NCBI GenBank assembly: GCA_002633005.1
Contig: NMRA01000923.1
Span: 1-64,000, forward strand
Length of the DNA: 64,000 nt
Origin: Phoronis australis
Lineage: Eukaryota > Animalia > Phoronida
Reading direction: 5' to 3'
The number at the start of each line of letters is the position of its first letter. Position 1 is the first letter of the stretch. Under the pieces are notes generated by a model. It ran no database searches and had not been told where the DNA came from. It saw nothing but the letters and a program-made list of their open reading frames with translations. Below are positions 1-15,500 of this stretch, piece by piece. The position numbers and the translations under genes were made by a program.

Positions 1-267
1 GTGTCTTTGAGAAAATGTAATCCTTGCAAGACATTCAGGAAGTCTGTATACTAATTTCCAACAAATACTGCTCACATCCGTAATATACGAGAAACCGGCG
101 ACAAACAAACCTGAATCATAGCAAATACATGTGGGAAGAAGGTAACCAGAACAACCAAGACAGAAGCGATCCTAATGGTGCAAGTCCCCCATTTATGGGT
201 CTAGGGTCATGCCCTCATTAATCCATGCACTTAGTGTTTGACTATTACACAGAACAGTGAGTCTCAC

Positions 268-507
268 ATTCAACAGACACAGTAGCGATGGTTTTCCTTG
301 GGCCCACAGAACACTCATAGATTCCACTATCAGAGGGCTGGGCATTGAAGATGTACAAGTAGCCACCTGCACGTGTCTCAGCGTTAGTGGGAAGGGTCTG
401 CCGATCGCCTCTGGTCCACTTAACTTCACCACTATCTGCGTTACAACGGAGTTGGACACGGCCCCCGACTCTGACAGTCTGGCTCTCAGGGGAGATGGTT
501 ATAGGAC
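268..507 (-). CDS. HSPG2: Exon: Ig ([22 protein letters not shown]…WTRGD…DSGIYEC…)
   Basis: 240 nt, phase 1-1. Confidence 0.9.
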
Positions 508-3500
508 CTAGGAAATAGTTAATAGTCAGTGTGCGTGCGTGCGTGTGTGTGTGTGTGGGTTTGTGTGTGTGTTTGTGTGTGCATGTGTGACTAAATGTAG
601 TGACAGACTGGGTGAGTTAAGAATGTCTACCAATTAAAATAGAAGTAACACACGTTAGGGGCTAGATACTGTACACTATGGTGCCTAATTAAACATTAAG
701 TGAATTGTTTATGGAAAATCAGCAGTTTAAGAACATTAGATGATTCTTATTGGACTCAAATGCATGTGAGAGGTGATAAAGAAGAAGATTTAGATGATCG
801 TTAAATTGTAAAGAGTTAGTTTATGTCACAAAGTACCCAGTGAACTAAAAACTATCTAATGTTGGGGCATATAAACAGTCTATCTTGAATATCCCTTTTG
901 GGAAATAAAATGGTTAAACCGTCAATTCCATCTTCAGCCTTCACTGAGCAACAATAATAACTAGTCAGATCTTCCAAAACGGTGAAATCACTAACTTGTA
1001 CTCACAGTACGGTACAAGAGGGTACCTACTTAAAGGTGTTCACTCGTGTAATTTAAAACTCAAGTGTTTTAACACTACAAAATGGAGGATGCAACGATAC
1101 TTCAAGGTGAATCTCTATTAAATGAATAATGCGCATCATTTAGAACTACATGCCTTAACTGTGTCAACACTACTGTCATCAGCACGCAGCTAAGCTAGAC
1201 CACTGTGTGTTGTTGCTCACCTAAAATATTGATTCTAAACCTGGCTTCAGCCCGACCACCTTGGTTGATGCCTACACACATGTATTCTCCAGCATCTTCA
1301 GCCTGTACATTGTCAATGACCATCAGACCTGGCTGTATCCGCGCTTTAGCAGGTAGGGGTCGGCCGACACGCTCCCAACTTAATATCGGAGGAGGGTTAC
1401 CTGCAACATAGACACAACAAACTTACCAGGCTTACTTAGTATAACATTCAATGTATAATTGCCATTTACATTAAAAGTTCAGGCGTACCTTCTAGTAAAA
1501 CCAAGTACGGCAGACTCTCACCAATTGAGGACACAATACGACCAACAAAAGAAATTTCACGTTTTCATTTTTTTAATTAAAGATACGGTCTCTGCATACC
1601 TTCCCACAGACAATGTTTCTCAGAAATAGCTGGACATTCGAAGCAATGTTAGCTTTTGAAAAGTGAAAATGACTAATTTTAACATCACTTTTGTCCACAA
1701 TTGTTGAGATTGTACCGGTTTCACATACCCAATCTATAACTAGCCATATCCGGTCTCACGCACCCAGTCTATAACTAGCCATATCCGGTCTCACGCACGC
1801 AGTCTATAACTAGCCATATCCGGTCTCACGCACCCAGTCTATAACTAGTCATATTGCACTCAGTGCAAAAAGTGCTGCACAGCCCTGTCCATCAACATGT
1901 TGTGTATTTCTACAACAGCCTGTAAAGTCTTTCCAACTAGCTCACAAATTACAGGCTTCTGACAATGCTGTGAATGCCCCAATTTTGTCAAATGGTACTT
2001 GTAGATATTTATGCTATAATTAATAACTAAAGCATTATTTTGGAGCTATCTGTCTTATGAAAAGAGAAAAATAAAACCGACCCGAGTATCATATTGTGCA
2101 TTAAACTGATGAGATTTTACTGAAGAAACTGAGACCAAATTTAAACAAATTGTTCTTTGAAATCGACTCTATTGACCCTGTGAATGTGTTATTACAATCA
2201 TTATCAATCAGATACATGTACATACTTGTTGGCAAAGGCAGTAGCTCAGGTAACATGTCTGGACAAAATAGCAAAATATTCAAAGAAAAATGTAACTATC
2301 CAGACTTGCACATGCTGCTCTCAAGCGTCAACTTGCAACTTAAAGATGCACAATCTCATTAAATTGTGAATATACAAATGAAGTACCTAGTTACAAACAA
2401 CCTCGGGTCTTCCAGTGTGCCAGAAACCATTCGAGAACCAGTTACCATTACGAGCTCGCAAAACGAGACTATTTTTATGTGAATGAGTATGGTATTGATT
2501 TCATCGTTATCCTAATGAAACAAGGCAGTTTATATTATTTGTTTATTTCAATATCAAATAGTGATTGTGTAATATTTGAAATTACTAAGTTTTTATACGT
2601 TCACTCTTGTGTGTGTCACACTAAGTTATGGTGCTTTCTTTAAAACAGCAATTTATTTAAATACTGTTTCTTTTCCTGATTAGACTTGTACACACAGTTC
2701 TACAGGAAGTCACTAGATGGCACTTACTACAAAGTTAAATATTCACGGTTTTAGTGAGACATAGCATCTTTAACTAGGCAGGAAATAGATGGCGTACAGT
2801 TCAACAATCAGCCATTGAAGTCCCTTTTATAACAACATCCCAAGCATTCAGTTTAGACAGCTGATATCTCTGTAGTTCTAAAGAAAATAAAATAAAATTC
2901 TAAGACAAGGTTCCCCTAGCCATAGATCATGAAATAGTGTGCAAAGTTTCATGCGTATCAACCCTCCCGCTAAAGAAAAATCCATAGTCAAACAGCCTCA
3001 ACTGCCGCAAACCAAACGTTCTGAAAATGGCCAATAAAGACTTGGTGATTAATTGAAATTAGTTGTATTGAACAGTTTGCATATTATGCATATTAATAAT
3101 GAGTTTTAAGAGATGTTATGGGAAAGAAATGAAAAGTTAAGAATTACGTTTTTGAGAAAAAAAAATTTCAGGAAGGTTAACAACTATATAATTAATTATT
3201 AAGACTGCAGGTTACTGTGACATAATTAAGGATTAAGAAAGGTGTTGCAGAAATATGGGGAAAGATTGGAGTCTTCATGTTTTCGGTACAGTATAAATAA
3301 TTATACAATGTTTTTAATACTATGGGATGAAGATTATGATTCTCGTTCATGTATCCATTACCACAGGAAAACTAGAACGGGTCCATACTCACATTCTAGC
3401 TACAACAGGACAACTGGGGTTGATATTGATGAATTCACAACTACAAGGAACAACTAGGGTCATGAAAGGTTAACATAGTCATCTACCCNNNNNNNNNNNN

Positions 3501-6500
3501 NNNNNNNNNNNNNNNNNNNCAAAAATCATTATACAAGTTCAATCCAAAGCAAAACCCGGAAACGTAATTTCATTCACTAAAGCATTAAGAACAATTTACC
3601 ATTTATGATATACCATTTATGATACATCCTAGAAATCACATTGAGATACCACAGAGTTGGTCAGTATTAGAAAATAAATTGAGAATTTGATCAAACAATA
3701 CCAGATGAGTAATTGTGAAACGTTCTGACAGCAAAACAATGTGATGCGATGTTGAACCACATTGTCCCTTAAAGCCCCACACAGAACTATCATAATAATA
3801 AGGTCAAGCGAAAGTCACAAATTTCAAACTCAAATATATCAAGATAGCCCAACTCCATTCCATCTACATTCACTGTATGTAATTAGGGACATTAACTCAC
3901 TGTATTAAAGAACCCTAATAAAGAGTTCTAGTCCAAAAGATGAACCAAAGATGGTGCAGTATGCGGCTATATGAGAAAGTCAAGTGACCCATGGTTCTAA
4001 CTTGTTACCTTGTAAAACAGTCAACACGGCTGTAGCTTGATCATAGGAACTCTTTGCCACACACGTGTAAGCACCAACGTCATTGGCTGTGAAGGGATCT
4101 ATGATATACTCAGCCTGGCCAATATACTGTCCTGAGGGACTACTTGTCTGGCTGGTGGTGCTGCTGAGACGTTCACCTCGAGGAGACTGCCACTGGACAT
4201 CAACACGGCCCAGACCTATAGCAGTACACTCCAGGCGAACACGGGCTCCCAGGGGTGCACGAATCTCTTTATCCTCAAGCTCACGAATGACAATACCACC
4301 TAACGTAGAAAGACACAGTGCTTTAAACTAAAAAATCACCTTCAGGTTATAGTGCGCATGTATGAACATGGATACATGACCAGAAAGAATGTGCAGGAAA
4401 GAATGTTGTGTCCAGGCAACAGTTACCACAGAAACTCGCATCATTGTTCCCTATTCCCCAAACAAAAGAATCCAGGTAAAAATTCCAGTGGCTGTGGCAA
4501 GTGCCTATTGCAATACCAACCGGTAAGAAGCATTCATAGTTACTGGTTGATGAGTCTGGGATAGACCCTGGGAGAAACAAGGGAGCAACAAATACAGACA
4601 TTGAGTTAAAACATGGTCAGAAAAGTGAACAAATTGATTTGTGACATGTTATATTATAATCTAAACCACCATTGTGGATCATTGAGAATTGTAGCACACT
4701 ACATGGTCAGAAAAGTGAACAAATTGATTCACACTACATGGTCAGAAAAGTGGACAAATTGATTTATGACATGTGCTATTATGATCTAAACCACCATTGT
4801 GGATCATTGAGAATTGTAGCACACTACATGGTCAGAAAAGTGAACAAATTGATTCACACTACATGGTCAGATAAGTGGACAAATTGATTTATGACATGTG
4901 CTATTATGATCTTAACCATCATTGTGGATCATTGAGAATTGTAGCACACAATCTTACTACTGGTATTTTTAACACCACAGAAGACATCATAACTCACCAA
5001 TCTGCACCGTGGCCAACTGCGTGCCTGCAATGTTGGAGCCTGTGCACACATAGTTACCGGCGTCCTCTGAGGAGATGCGGCGGAACCGCAGGGATGATCC
5101 AACAACCTCAGTGTAAGGACCAAAGTCACCGCCACCTTGTCTGTGAAATAATGGAGCAAATATAATACAATGCAATTTAATACAATACAATTGACAACAG
5201 TGTAATACAACTCAAAAATATGACGAGGGAGAACATACAAATAAAATTTTCAATTTGTTTTGATTTTTCAGATTTCATGGATAGAGAGTAGCATTGTCTC
5301 GTGTATTTTTTCATTTCGTTCTGTGGTTGTACCTAATTTCTGATTTCCCAGTTGCTCAGACATTGCATTGAACTACTAAAAGATGGATGTCTATTAAAAC
5401 CCAGTGTTATGAGCAGTGTTCTTTCTCAAAAGACGTGACAGGCTGCAGGACTTTTATCAATTTCCTGACATTCGTTTTTTAGTTTTTATCATTGGTTATG
5501 CCTTACAGCATCTATTAAATTAAGGTTTCCATTTGAAGATCCCTGACTTAAACAAAGATACTACAGTAAACAACTTCAAGATATCTCATAAAAAATAATA
5601 CGAGACCTTGCTAGTATTTAAAATTCCTCTGGTGTATGAAGGGCTTAAAACTTAGTTGGCTAAAGTATTCAGAATACTGTAAAGCGGTATCTACGGTACA
5701 GAGCTTGAAAATGGTACAGCAAAAATAAAGTACCTTACAAACAAAATTCTAAAATTACACTCTTCCCACATGGTGTCATAAATTGGTGAAATTTTACAAT
5801 CCATGAACACTAATACCGGACAATCCGTCACTAACTACACGAGCACGTTGCCTACCTGGACCAGGTGACAGTGGGTCGAGGGAATCCAGCACTTGTCCTA
5901 CACTCCACAGTCAAACTCTGCCCTGGGATGATCTCACGGAAGGGACCTCTTGGGTAGATTTCCACCACGGGCTCCACTAATCTTTGTGCTAAATACACAA
6001 CACAAACACTTAATAAATGAATTCATGTTACAGTATACACCACGTGTAATACAACAACATTGAGGTACATGTTACAGTACACACCACGTGTAATACAACA
6101 ACATTGAGGTAAGTTGACTTCCCTGGCTCTGATGGGGCAACAGGCCAAGACATCTGATTGGTTCTTGAGGATGACTTCCGCCTTGCAGACCAATCGGGTG
6201 TCTGAGCCGACTGAACCGGCAAGGTCAATCAAGTAAAACCATTCTGTTTCTCAGTCACAATAGATAATTACATTTCTAACAGTAAAAATAATAGCACGAT
6301 TGTGTATTGACCTGTAATATGGGCAAAATCATAACAATAGAATATCTCTCTTTTCACCTTTCAAGGCTAACGGCTGCAATAGCAGTGAATTTAGCTTACT
6401 CTCAGATATTGTAACAGGAAATTGTGGGTGATTTTGGTTAATTGTTTGTGACGTTTAGGCTATATTCTGTAAATCAATTTTAGTGACTTTTCATTCCTGT

Positions 6501-9500
6501 ACTTGTGTTAATGTATAGTGTATTAGTTTGACTGAACAGGCCTCCACACATTACTACTATAAACTAGTGCAATTATAGTAAAAAGGTACAATCATTATGA
6601 ATGTGCACAACCTTTATAATTTATGATTATAGTGAAGTTGTTAGACATAAATTGCAAACAAGATATTGCTGTGCATGAGTGCCTGCATGCATGTTTTAGT
6701 TGTTTACGATCATGAAGCGTGTCTTTAAGTCAATTGTATTCACATTGCACAGAGAATTAAACTCTTCAAAAAAGTTCAAATCTTAGAACAAAAAATAAAC
6801 TGTTAACATTGAGCAACTTCTCAACAAGTATCTCCATTTCTCGTCCAATACAAGAGCGCGGGTACTTACACTCCACATTGACGACTGCTTGGGCAGAGGC
6901 GACACCTGCCACATTCTCAGCTGTACAGGTAAACACACCATTGTCCATCTTGTCAGCTCGTATGATACGTAGGATGTTACCTTGCAACTGAAAGTATTAC
7001 GGACTTGTTAAAGAGCTGTTACAGTATACAGTAAACAATATAGCTCAAATACATTGCTGCCCTTAATTTCCTCCCATGGCAAGCACTGGGCAAGATACTA
7101 GGTTAACTGCCACATAAATGTGAAGGATTTGCTAGTCCCAATAACTACCAAATTTATGAACGCCTTGTTGTTGGTTAAGTTTTGAGCTGAAATATAACTA
7201 AATCTTTACACTGTAAGTTTCTATGACATACTAAGCCACCAGCAGATAAGAAGTTACAAAGCACACTACGACAAGTTTTTTCACTTTGAATTCACAATTT
7301 CATTTTATTAAACCTCTATTTTAATCTAGGGAAAAAAATCAATGTTTTACTAATAATGCTTACAGTTGCTACGGTGGGAAATAACTTAGCACCCCCTGCA
7401 CTATATCATGACAAAACAGCGATAGCATTGAAAGATTACATACAAAAGCCTACGTGACCTACCCCCATTTTGTACGAAACAGAAGAAAATATCCAGGTAC
7501 ATACCTGATGTTTGGAGAGAAGTGGTCCCCCCGATCCAGAGAAGGTCCACCTTATGCTAGGTATAGGTCTGCCATCGGCCACACACTGTAGTATGGCAGT
7601 CTCACCCTCCCTGATGTTCACCTGGGCTGGTTGCATTACCACCGTTGGCTTCCGGTCTAGAACAACAGAACAACTTGATGTGGCATGATTTTTTAACTTA
7701 ATATGATTTTTTTAAACAAAGCAATAAGAATGGCAGCACAACGGAGGGCGAGGCTTAGTGCTGACGGACAGACTTGAAGTTGTACTTTGACATCTGGACA
7801 CACCCCGCACTCGTGCCAGTTTGATGTCCATTATTCAGTAAAGAACTCATCTGGTTCTCGAAATGCGCGGACTGCTGTAAGTGACTAAATACGTTATCAG
7901 AGGACCAGAATCTCCTGTAACCTCCATTTAAATGACTGATCACAATGCATGTATAACAAACCACTATCCAATAGCAAGACAACTGAATTTTGATTAGTGA
8001 GTTTAGAGTCCAACTCAAACTACAATAGCATAAAGTCAAAACAGCTCAGTGACAGACATGTGTTGTTACAGTAGCTCCACGTTACAATGAAGTTGGTTTA
8101 TAATGTTTGGTCACTTATAACATTCCATTCAACCAAGTTCTGAGACAACTGTACAGTATACAATTTTAATTTGTTTACAACCAACATTAATTATAACAGA
8201 GTTTTCGAAAGGTCCACGGAGGTCCGTTACAAGTTATCCAAATGTGCCCTCTCATTATGGGCACAGATATTGAAAACCAACTGGAGGTAATAAAGCAATT
8301 TTCTTATCGACCAGAGCACACATTCTTCAGCAATGCTTACTTTAAAATGGACAGACTAAGCAAATCTTGGCTATTCCCAGCAATAAAGAACAACAAAATA
8401 CAAAAGCAACAGCAGATGATTTACAACAGTCTAGAGAGCTAAGCAGTCCCCCCACCTGGCAAAATTCAAATGCTAACCACATTGGACACTTACTGATGGT
8501 TATGACAGCATCAATGACCAGCCTGGCCACAGCAGTCTGTTCTAATCCTGTCAGTGTAGTGATACTACAGATGTAGTTGCCTGCATAGTCTGGCTGGACA
8601 TTTGGGATGGTCAAGACACCGTCTTTCACCGATGAACCTGTCAATCATATGAACAGGACAATGCTACACCACGAACATAATTACTCTTCACTTATTGTAA
8701 ACACTGACTTGCCAAAATCGTAATGTTTCTATATGTAAAAGGCTGATTACGCTGCTGCAAGTAACGCAAACTTTACCAAACAGTCTCACTAATAAATAAT
8801 TTTAAACGATTAGTGAGTGAAAGTTCGGTCGAATTTCACGAGACACAACCGAGTACTTAGAAAAAACTGAACATTTTATCAAATATTGTTTATTGACATA
8901 TACACAGTACAAACCAAGCTAATCACAGAAATTTTCTTAATTCTTATTTTTAAAAAATCGCTTGTCCACCATACTATGTGCTGAATAGGTAAGAAATTGA
9001 AAACCACCAAGGCAGAAAATAACGATATAATTCTAAAACTATGGTTGTCGGCTTACCCACTGAATGCAGTCCATTCCATAACAGATGACTGCTGACAAAT
9101 ACTCTTACAATTTGTTTGAAAATAAAATGAGAAGCAATGTGTTGCAAAGTTATTACTAGAAGCCAGTAATGTAATAACAAATGAAAGAAAATTCTACAAT
9201 ATTTTTGTTAGTAATACTTCCTCAGCACAGTAACATATTTTCAAAAAATACACTGAATTAGGCGCAGTGATACAAACCTGGAGGCAAGACCCCTCCCTGT
9301 TTGGTCCACACCAACCGGTCTACTTCACGTCCCTGGGCATAGCAGTCGAAGGAAACGGACCCTCCTACAGTAACCTTGAGCTCTGGCTGACGGATGTAAA
9401 CAAATTGGTCTGCAAGAAACATCAAACGGGTTTGGGTACACAAATATCTAAAGCATTGCAATCTGGAGGAGGGGGCAGGCTTGACTATTCAAAACCCATA

Positions 9501-12500
9501 GGGGGTACTGAAACAATTATCTTCTCAGTCAGGACCATAAAGTCCTTACTGTGTTTACTTACACAGTCCAACTGGGACAGCTGTATGACTACGAGCAGGG
9601 TTCACTGACCTTGCATGTCAATTTCAAAAGGCCTGTTGTGTGTGTGAATGACACCCATGATTAACAACCGTCTGCCTAATTCTAAGCCACTATGCCCACC
9701 AGTTACCCCCTTCAAGCTCAAAATGATACAAAATAAATGATAGCTGTTAGTTTAATCAAGATATCCAGTTGAGAAACACTGAGAAACAGCATCTGTCAAC
9801 AACACGACAGTTCTAAGGTTAATTTCAATAAGGTGGAGATCAGGGCACCAACCCAAACACCAATTCCAGGCTCATCTAATCAATGCCTATAGGGGGTAAT
9901 CAAACAATTATCTTCCAAACCAGGACCATAAACCCTATGTGTTTAGTTACACAGTCCAACTGGGACAGTTTGCAATGAGCAGGGTTCATAAAAACTGCTT
10001 TCACTGACCTTGCATGTCAGTTTGAAAAGGTTTATTGTGTGTGAGCAAGACCCATGATTTACAAGTTTCCACAAAACTGTAAGTCAATACCTGGACTAGT
10101 TACCTCCTCCAGGACCAAAATGGAGTAACAGGCAAACTTTAAAGCTTTGATAAGGTTCTCTTCATATTGTAGAAGTGATAATAAAACAAGACGTTTCTGA
10201 ACTCAATGACAAAGCAACCCTTACAGGTCATACAAGCATGCACAGCAAAGTGCATGGTCTCAAAACTGCACCGGGAGCTTAACACTCTGTTCACATAATG
10301 GCCAGTGTTCTCCCCACAGAAAAACTACAAGCATTATCTCATGTGAACCCAGTATTTGCTCCAGCTGAGACATCTACAGTGACTTACTACAGTTGCGTTC
10401 ATCTGAGCCATCTCTACAGTCGTAGCGGCGATTACACTGTAACCTGCCGTCAATACATTGTCCATTGCGACACTGGAACTCACCCCTGCGACACCGTGCT
10501 AGAGAGAGATTGTGATAAGTATCAACATGCAGTGACTGGAGACTGAGAGTGAACCGTGGGAGACACATTACAACTACGACATACAGAGACAGACACGGAC
10601 TGTGTAGAGAGAATCAACAAACAGTGAGGAGTATGACATTCAAACAATGCTCTATGTAGGACTCTATCCTAACTGACAACCTTCGCAACATTCCCAGAAA
10701 TGGCTGATCAAAACTGTGCCTCATGCACTGTTCTCGATAACGTTTTCAGGAATTGCTTTTACACTCATTCACTTTTGCATGAGGGCCTACAAACTTCTAC
10801 AAAAAATGAAAAGTTGCATAAAACAAAAAATGGAATAGCTTGGAAAACTATATCCGCGTTCCTGCATGAGATTTCACCTTTAACATTTATGTCAAATCAA
10901 ATTTGTTTGTTTTATTTTTTGATACCATTGTTTGCTATGACTGCACATTTTTTCTGCTAATTTCATTTTAAAAATATGGTCACATGATCCTGTCAACGGC
11001 AGATTGAATTTTACAGGTTTTCTGATTTCAGAAATTAAAGATTTCTTCCAGAAAATTCTACAGTTTTGTAGATATTTAGTTTAATGAACACACTTGTTGA
11101 TAAGGTCCTACATAATCTTAACACAGTTCAAAACATGATAGACAATGCCTCTACTAGAGAAAAGTGTTTACAAGGAAAGGTGTCAATACAATAGCTAAGA
11201 GAAAAGTGACACTTAATACTATTGAAGAAAGAGGGACTGACTGCTGGTGAACATACGTAACATATATACGTCTGCACAAACTGAGGCAAAATGATATTTA
11301 AACTGCCACAAACGTATGACGCTGAACCGTATTTTTTGCCAAAAATATCCTTCCAGTGATTTTAGGATTATTATTAAATCAAACTCTATAGCCCATTTTA
11401 GTTTTCTCAAAAATATATAAGAACGAAATTTTGGTAACTATCATGGTGATTTGCTCTGCAACAGAATGGACATTTGGTATGAAGAGCTGAAGACTGCCGT
11501 GGCTAGGCAAAAACTTTATACATGCAAAACTTTCCATAACACAGCCTCGACAGAAAGAAAAGAAAATCGAGGCAAAACTTGAGTGAAAGCATTGCACAGG
11601 AAAGGAGCCATTTGAAAAATTGCCAGTCAGAGAGAAAAAGAACAGAATAACAAGTCATATCAAAGAATCAAATAACAGAAACAGGGCAACCAAACTTCTT
11701 CTCTCATGAACCGCATAGGCATTTTCACTTACAATATTCTTTTTTATCGTAAGCCATATTTTCCATCTCATGAACCACAATTCTTTTCTGTTTTTTGAAC
11801 AGCACTCATAACTCACAAGCAGATATTCAAAGAAAAGAACGCTGCTAATAAAAATAGGAAATATGGTGTGTAAGACAGGAAATGTAGCTGGTGAATAAAA
11901 ATAGGAAGTATGGTGTGTAAGACAGGAAATGTAGCTGGTGAATAAAAATAGGAAATATGGTGTGTAAGACAGGAAATGTAGCTGGTGAATAAAAATGTGA
12001 TCAAGAGAAAAGAGCACCTACAGTGAGAATGCCTCACGTGGTTCATGTGGGGGAAGAAGACTGAAGAATTGCAAGTGAAAGAATGCAACATATAAAAATC
12101 ACATAGTCAGAGAGATTTCATATTACGGACTGTCGATGAAAAAGTCACATAAGAAGAGCAGTTGCAGTCAAAGTGTAATAAAGATAACACTTAAAAAGGT
12201 GCCAGAAAACAACAGAGCACTCGTGGGATGATACAGTTCACTTTACTGAGATGGTTACCATACCTGGTCTACAGCCACTTTCATCAGCGCCATCATTGCA
12301 GTCGTTGGTACCGTCACATCGACGCGACGACGGAATACAGAGGCCAGAGCCGCAACGGAACTCTCCCTGGCGACACACCGTGTCTGGAATGGATAAATCT
12401 TGGTGATGAGCCAGCACATTCACTGATACGTTGTGACAACTGAGTGGAATATCGCAATCACAACTATAACCGTCACTATTCACATGTGGTCGTATTCTAC

Positions 12501-15500
12501 ACTAATAATTTGTTTTTTTGACTGCTTTTGATACCAGTTGGTTCTATCACAAAACAATCATAGAATAAATTCATGCTATACTGAACAGGCATTAAAACAG
12601 GTATGTCACTGGTCATTTTGTGAATTTCATATCATATGCTAATCATCATTAACACAATGAATTCGTATTATTACTGGAATAATGTTTAATCACGAAATGC
12701 TCAGACGTACAATGAATTTTTGCTCCAGCTATTATGCTGCAAATCAATGCGTCATACCTCAGGGCTCTAACTACTATTGTGTACATTATCATGTCATACC
12801 TTGTTTGACATAGAGTATAGTGCGCATGGTTCCTGTCCCTTCACTGTTCCTGGCTGTGCACGTATAGTCCGACTGTTCTGCCAGGGAAACACTTGGCACT
12901 AACATCGTACCATTTGGGAACGTTCTAGTTTGAGCAGTGAGTTTACCAATACGAGTGGCCGTCCACTCTATGGTTGGCCTTGGGAATCCATCGGCCATGC
13001 AGTGGAAGGCCACAAAGTCACCAGCGGTGGCCTGGATGTAGCGGGGATCAATGCGCACAGAGGGAACTTTTGGGATAGGTCTGTTATCTGTAGTGAGAGG
13101 AAAGTGTGACGGAGACCAACAATTTATAAAACTTTCAGTAATCCACCTTCACCATAGGAACGTGCATGAATACTTTCATATGTTAACAGAAATTGACAGC
13201 GATGGGATATTCATTATTGAGGATGTAATTTGAAAGGATTGTTAAGTGAATACTGTCTCATCATTTGCATCCCACAACCATCAACATACGTTTGCGCAAA
13301 TAGAGCAAATCAGAGCGTTCTACCAATGGCTGTACAAGACAAAAGTGATCAGACAAACTAGTTTCCTCATCATGATGAAAAATTCTGTAAACAGCAAAAG
13401 TACATTATATTAAGGTGGAAAAGTCATTCCCTGTTATGAGGAAAGATTACTAAGATGATGAATTTGGCTTCTGCCCAGCCGTCATTATGGGGGAATTCCA
13501 TGTCATTTTGTCTGCATACTGTGGTCTAGTACTGTATGCAACTCTTTTTAAAATTCCTTACATCAATACACAGCCCACTTGTATATAATTGCAATCTAAC
13601 CTGTCACAGTTCTGGGCACACTGTGGGACCTACATGGACGCATGAAGTCACACTTACTCGTAACAGTGAGCACCGCTTTGTCTGTTCCCACACTCAGCTC
13701 GTTTGACCCAGTACAGGTGTAAGTACCTGCGTCCTCAGGCTGGACATTCTCAATGGTCAACAGACCATTGGGCGAATCGATGACACGGTCGGACAGCTGA
13801 CCACCGTCCTTCGTCCACACAACTGTATAGGTACGCTATCAAAACACACTCAGATGGTATATGACCGAGTTGGGCTACTGACACTCATGTGGCACAGCCT
13901 GTTACAACGGTGCAATGTAAGCCGGGGGTTTATGATGTCATTACAGGTGGAAGCTCACAGCTAAGCCCACAGAACAACATTAATACCAACTTATAGCCAA
14001 CACTGGGTACACTCAAACAAAAGCTACAGATGCGATGAACATACAAACACTGTCTACACTTTGTAAAGAAAAAGTTAAAACAGGCTGCATCTAACTAAAC
14101 TTTTGGGGTGGATTACATGGATTTGAAGTGCTCTGTTAAATAATTACCTACTATTTAATTACTGATGTGGCTACTGTTATCATAATCTACCATAAAAAAA
14201 CTTTTAATCGATTAAACACAATATCCATCATTCCTCACTCTTAGTTAAACGCCAGCGAAACAGGACACCACCGGAGACAATAAATAGTCTCACTAGCACT
14301 ACACAAACAAAGCAGAAAACTACATAAGCCGCAGGAGACACCTTCCAATATTATAGTTGTATACTCAACAGGAGTCGCCATGTACTGTGGTTCGAATTAA
14401 CCAAGTGCTTCGAAAATTGCATCTCTTCCTTTATAAACGCAGTAGCCGAGCTGTTCATCTCTACTATTAATTGTTTAATTTTATTTATTTGAGCTAAAAA
14501 GAAAAGGGTCTCTTCAATTTGCATCAAGCGTCGATTAGAACAATTGTTCTAAACAGCCAACCAAGCACATGGACACTAAAAGGGAGAGAGCGATACTTAC
14601 AAGATTGTCATGGAAACATTGTACACCACAACTAACATTGCAAAGGTTTTAAAAGTAATAAAGAAAAGAGACGTACAACTGACAGACAAAGCAAGCAGCA
14701 GAGAGTAAGCACCCATCTGCAGATAAGCAATACATTTCACAAAATTTGTAAATAACATCATGTTCTTTTCCAGTAGTACACACCCATCAGCGTGCAAGTA
14801 AAGAACATCATATCATTGCACTATAAAATGAACAAGACACAAATTACAAGTTCAATATTAAAGTACTAATCAGTTCGATTAAATCATGATTAATATCAAA
14901 ATAGCTGCAGCTGTAGGTAAAGGAAACTGCTGAATGTAAAATTAACTGTCAAGTTATATATTCCTATCCAATTAACACAGTTGACCCACCTTTGCACAGT
15001 TACATTAACAACCCTGAAAGCCGCAGTACAAAACACCACACACTACAGACATAGTGCCTGGCTACATGAAACAAAACAGGACAAGGTTATTTACATCGTG
15101 GTTAGTAGACTTCATATGAAACACGTTTCAACACAACTCACTGATAACATGCCTTGTACATAAATGACTAAAAATTGACAAAAATTCCAAATGGCCATTA
15201 CATACTTTTTGTTTTTTAAGTTGTTTGACCTTAAAAATTCCGAATTTATAAGCAAGACACCAACTCTTGAAAAATAAGTCCCGTGAAACATGAAAACGTC
15301 AATGCTTGAAGAATCAGCAATGTGGTAACAAAGCATGAAAGAAGAAATTTCAAATCAAAAAGCTTCAACCACTGTAGCATTTAAATGATGAATTTCACCC
15401 ATGTACAAGGGCCAGTTGTCACAGTGTGCCAGTGGCTGACTACAGAGGATAGAAGAGAAAGAGCCAGGACAAAGTATGACTAGACAGAGTGGATGAGTGG

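Noticed and set aside
2226-2258. 33-nt cag…gtatgt segment ([11 protein letters not shown])
   Set aside because: Cannot supply the missing Ig half and its position is inconsistent with a linker; probably chance splice signals.
14990-15013. 24-nt tttcag…gtgggt segment
   Set aside because: Has a stop in the required phase 0 and no other support.
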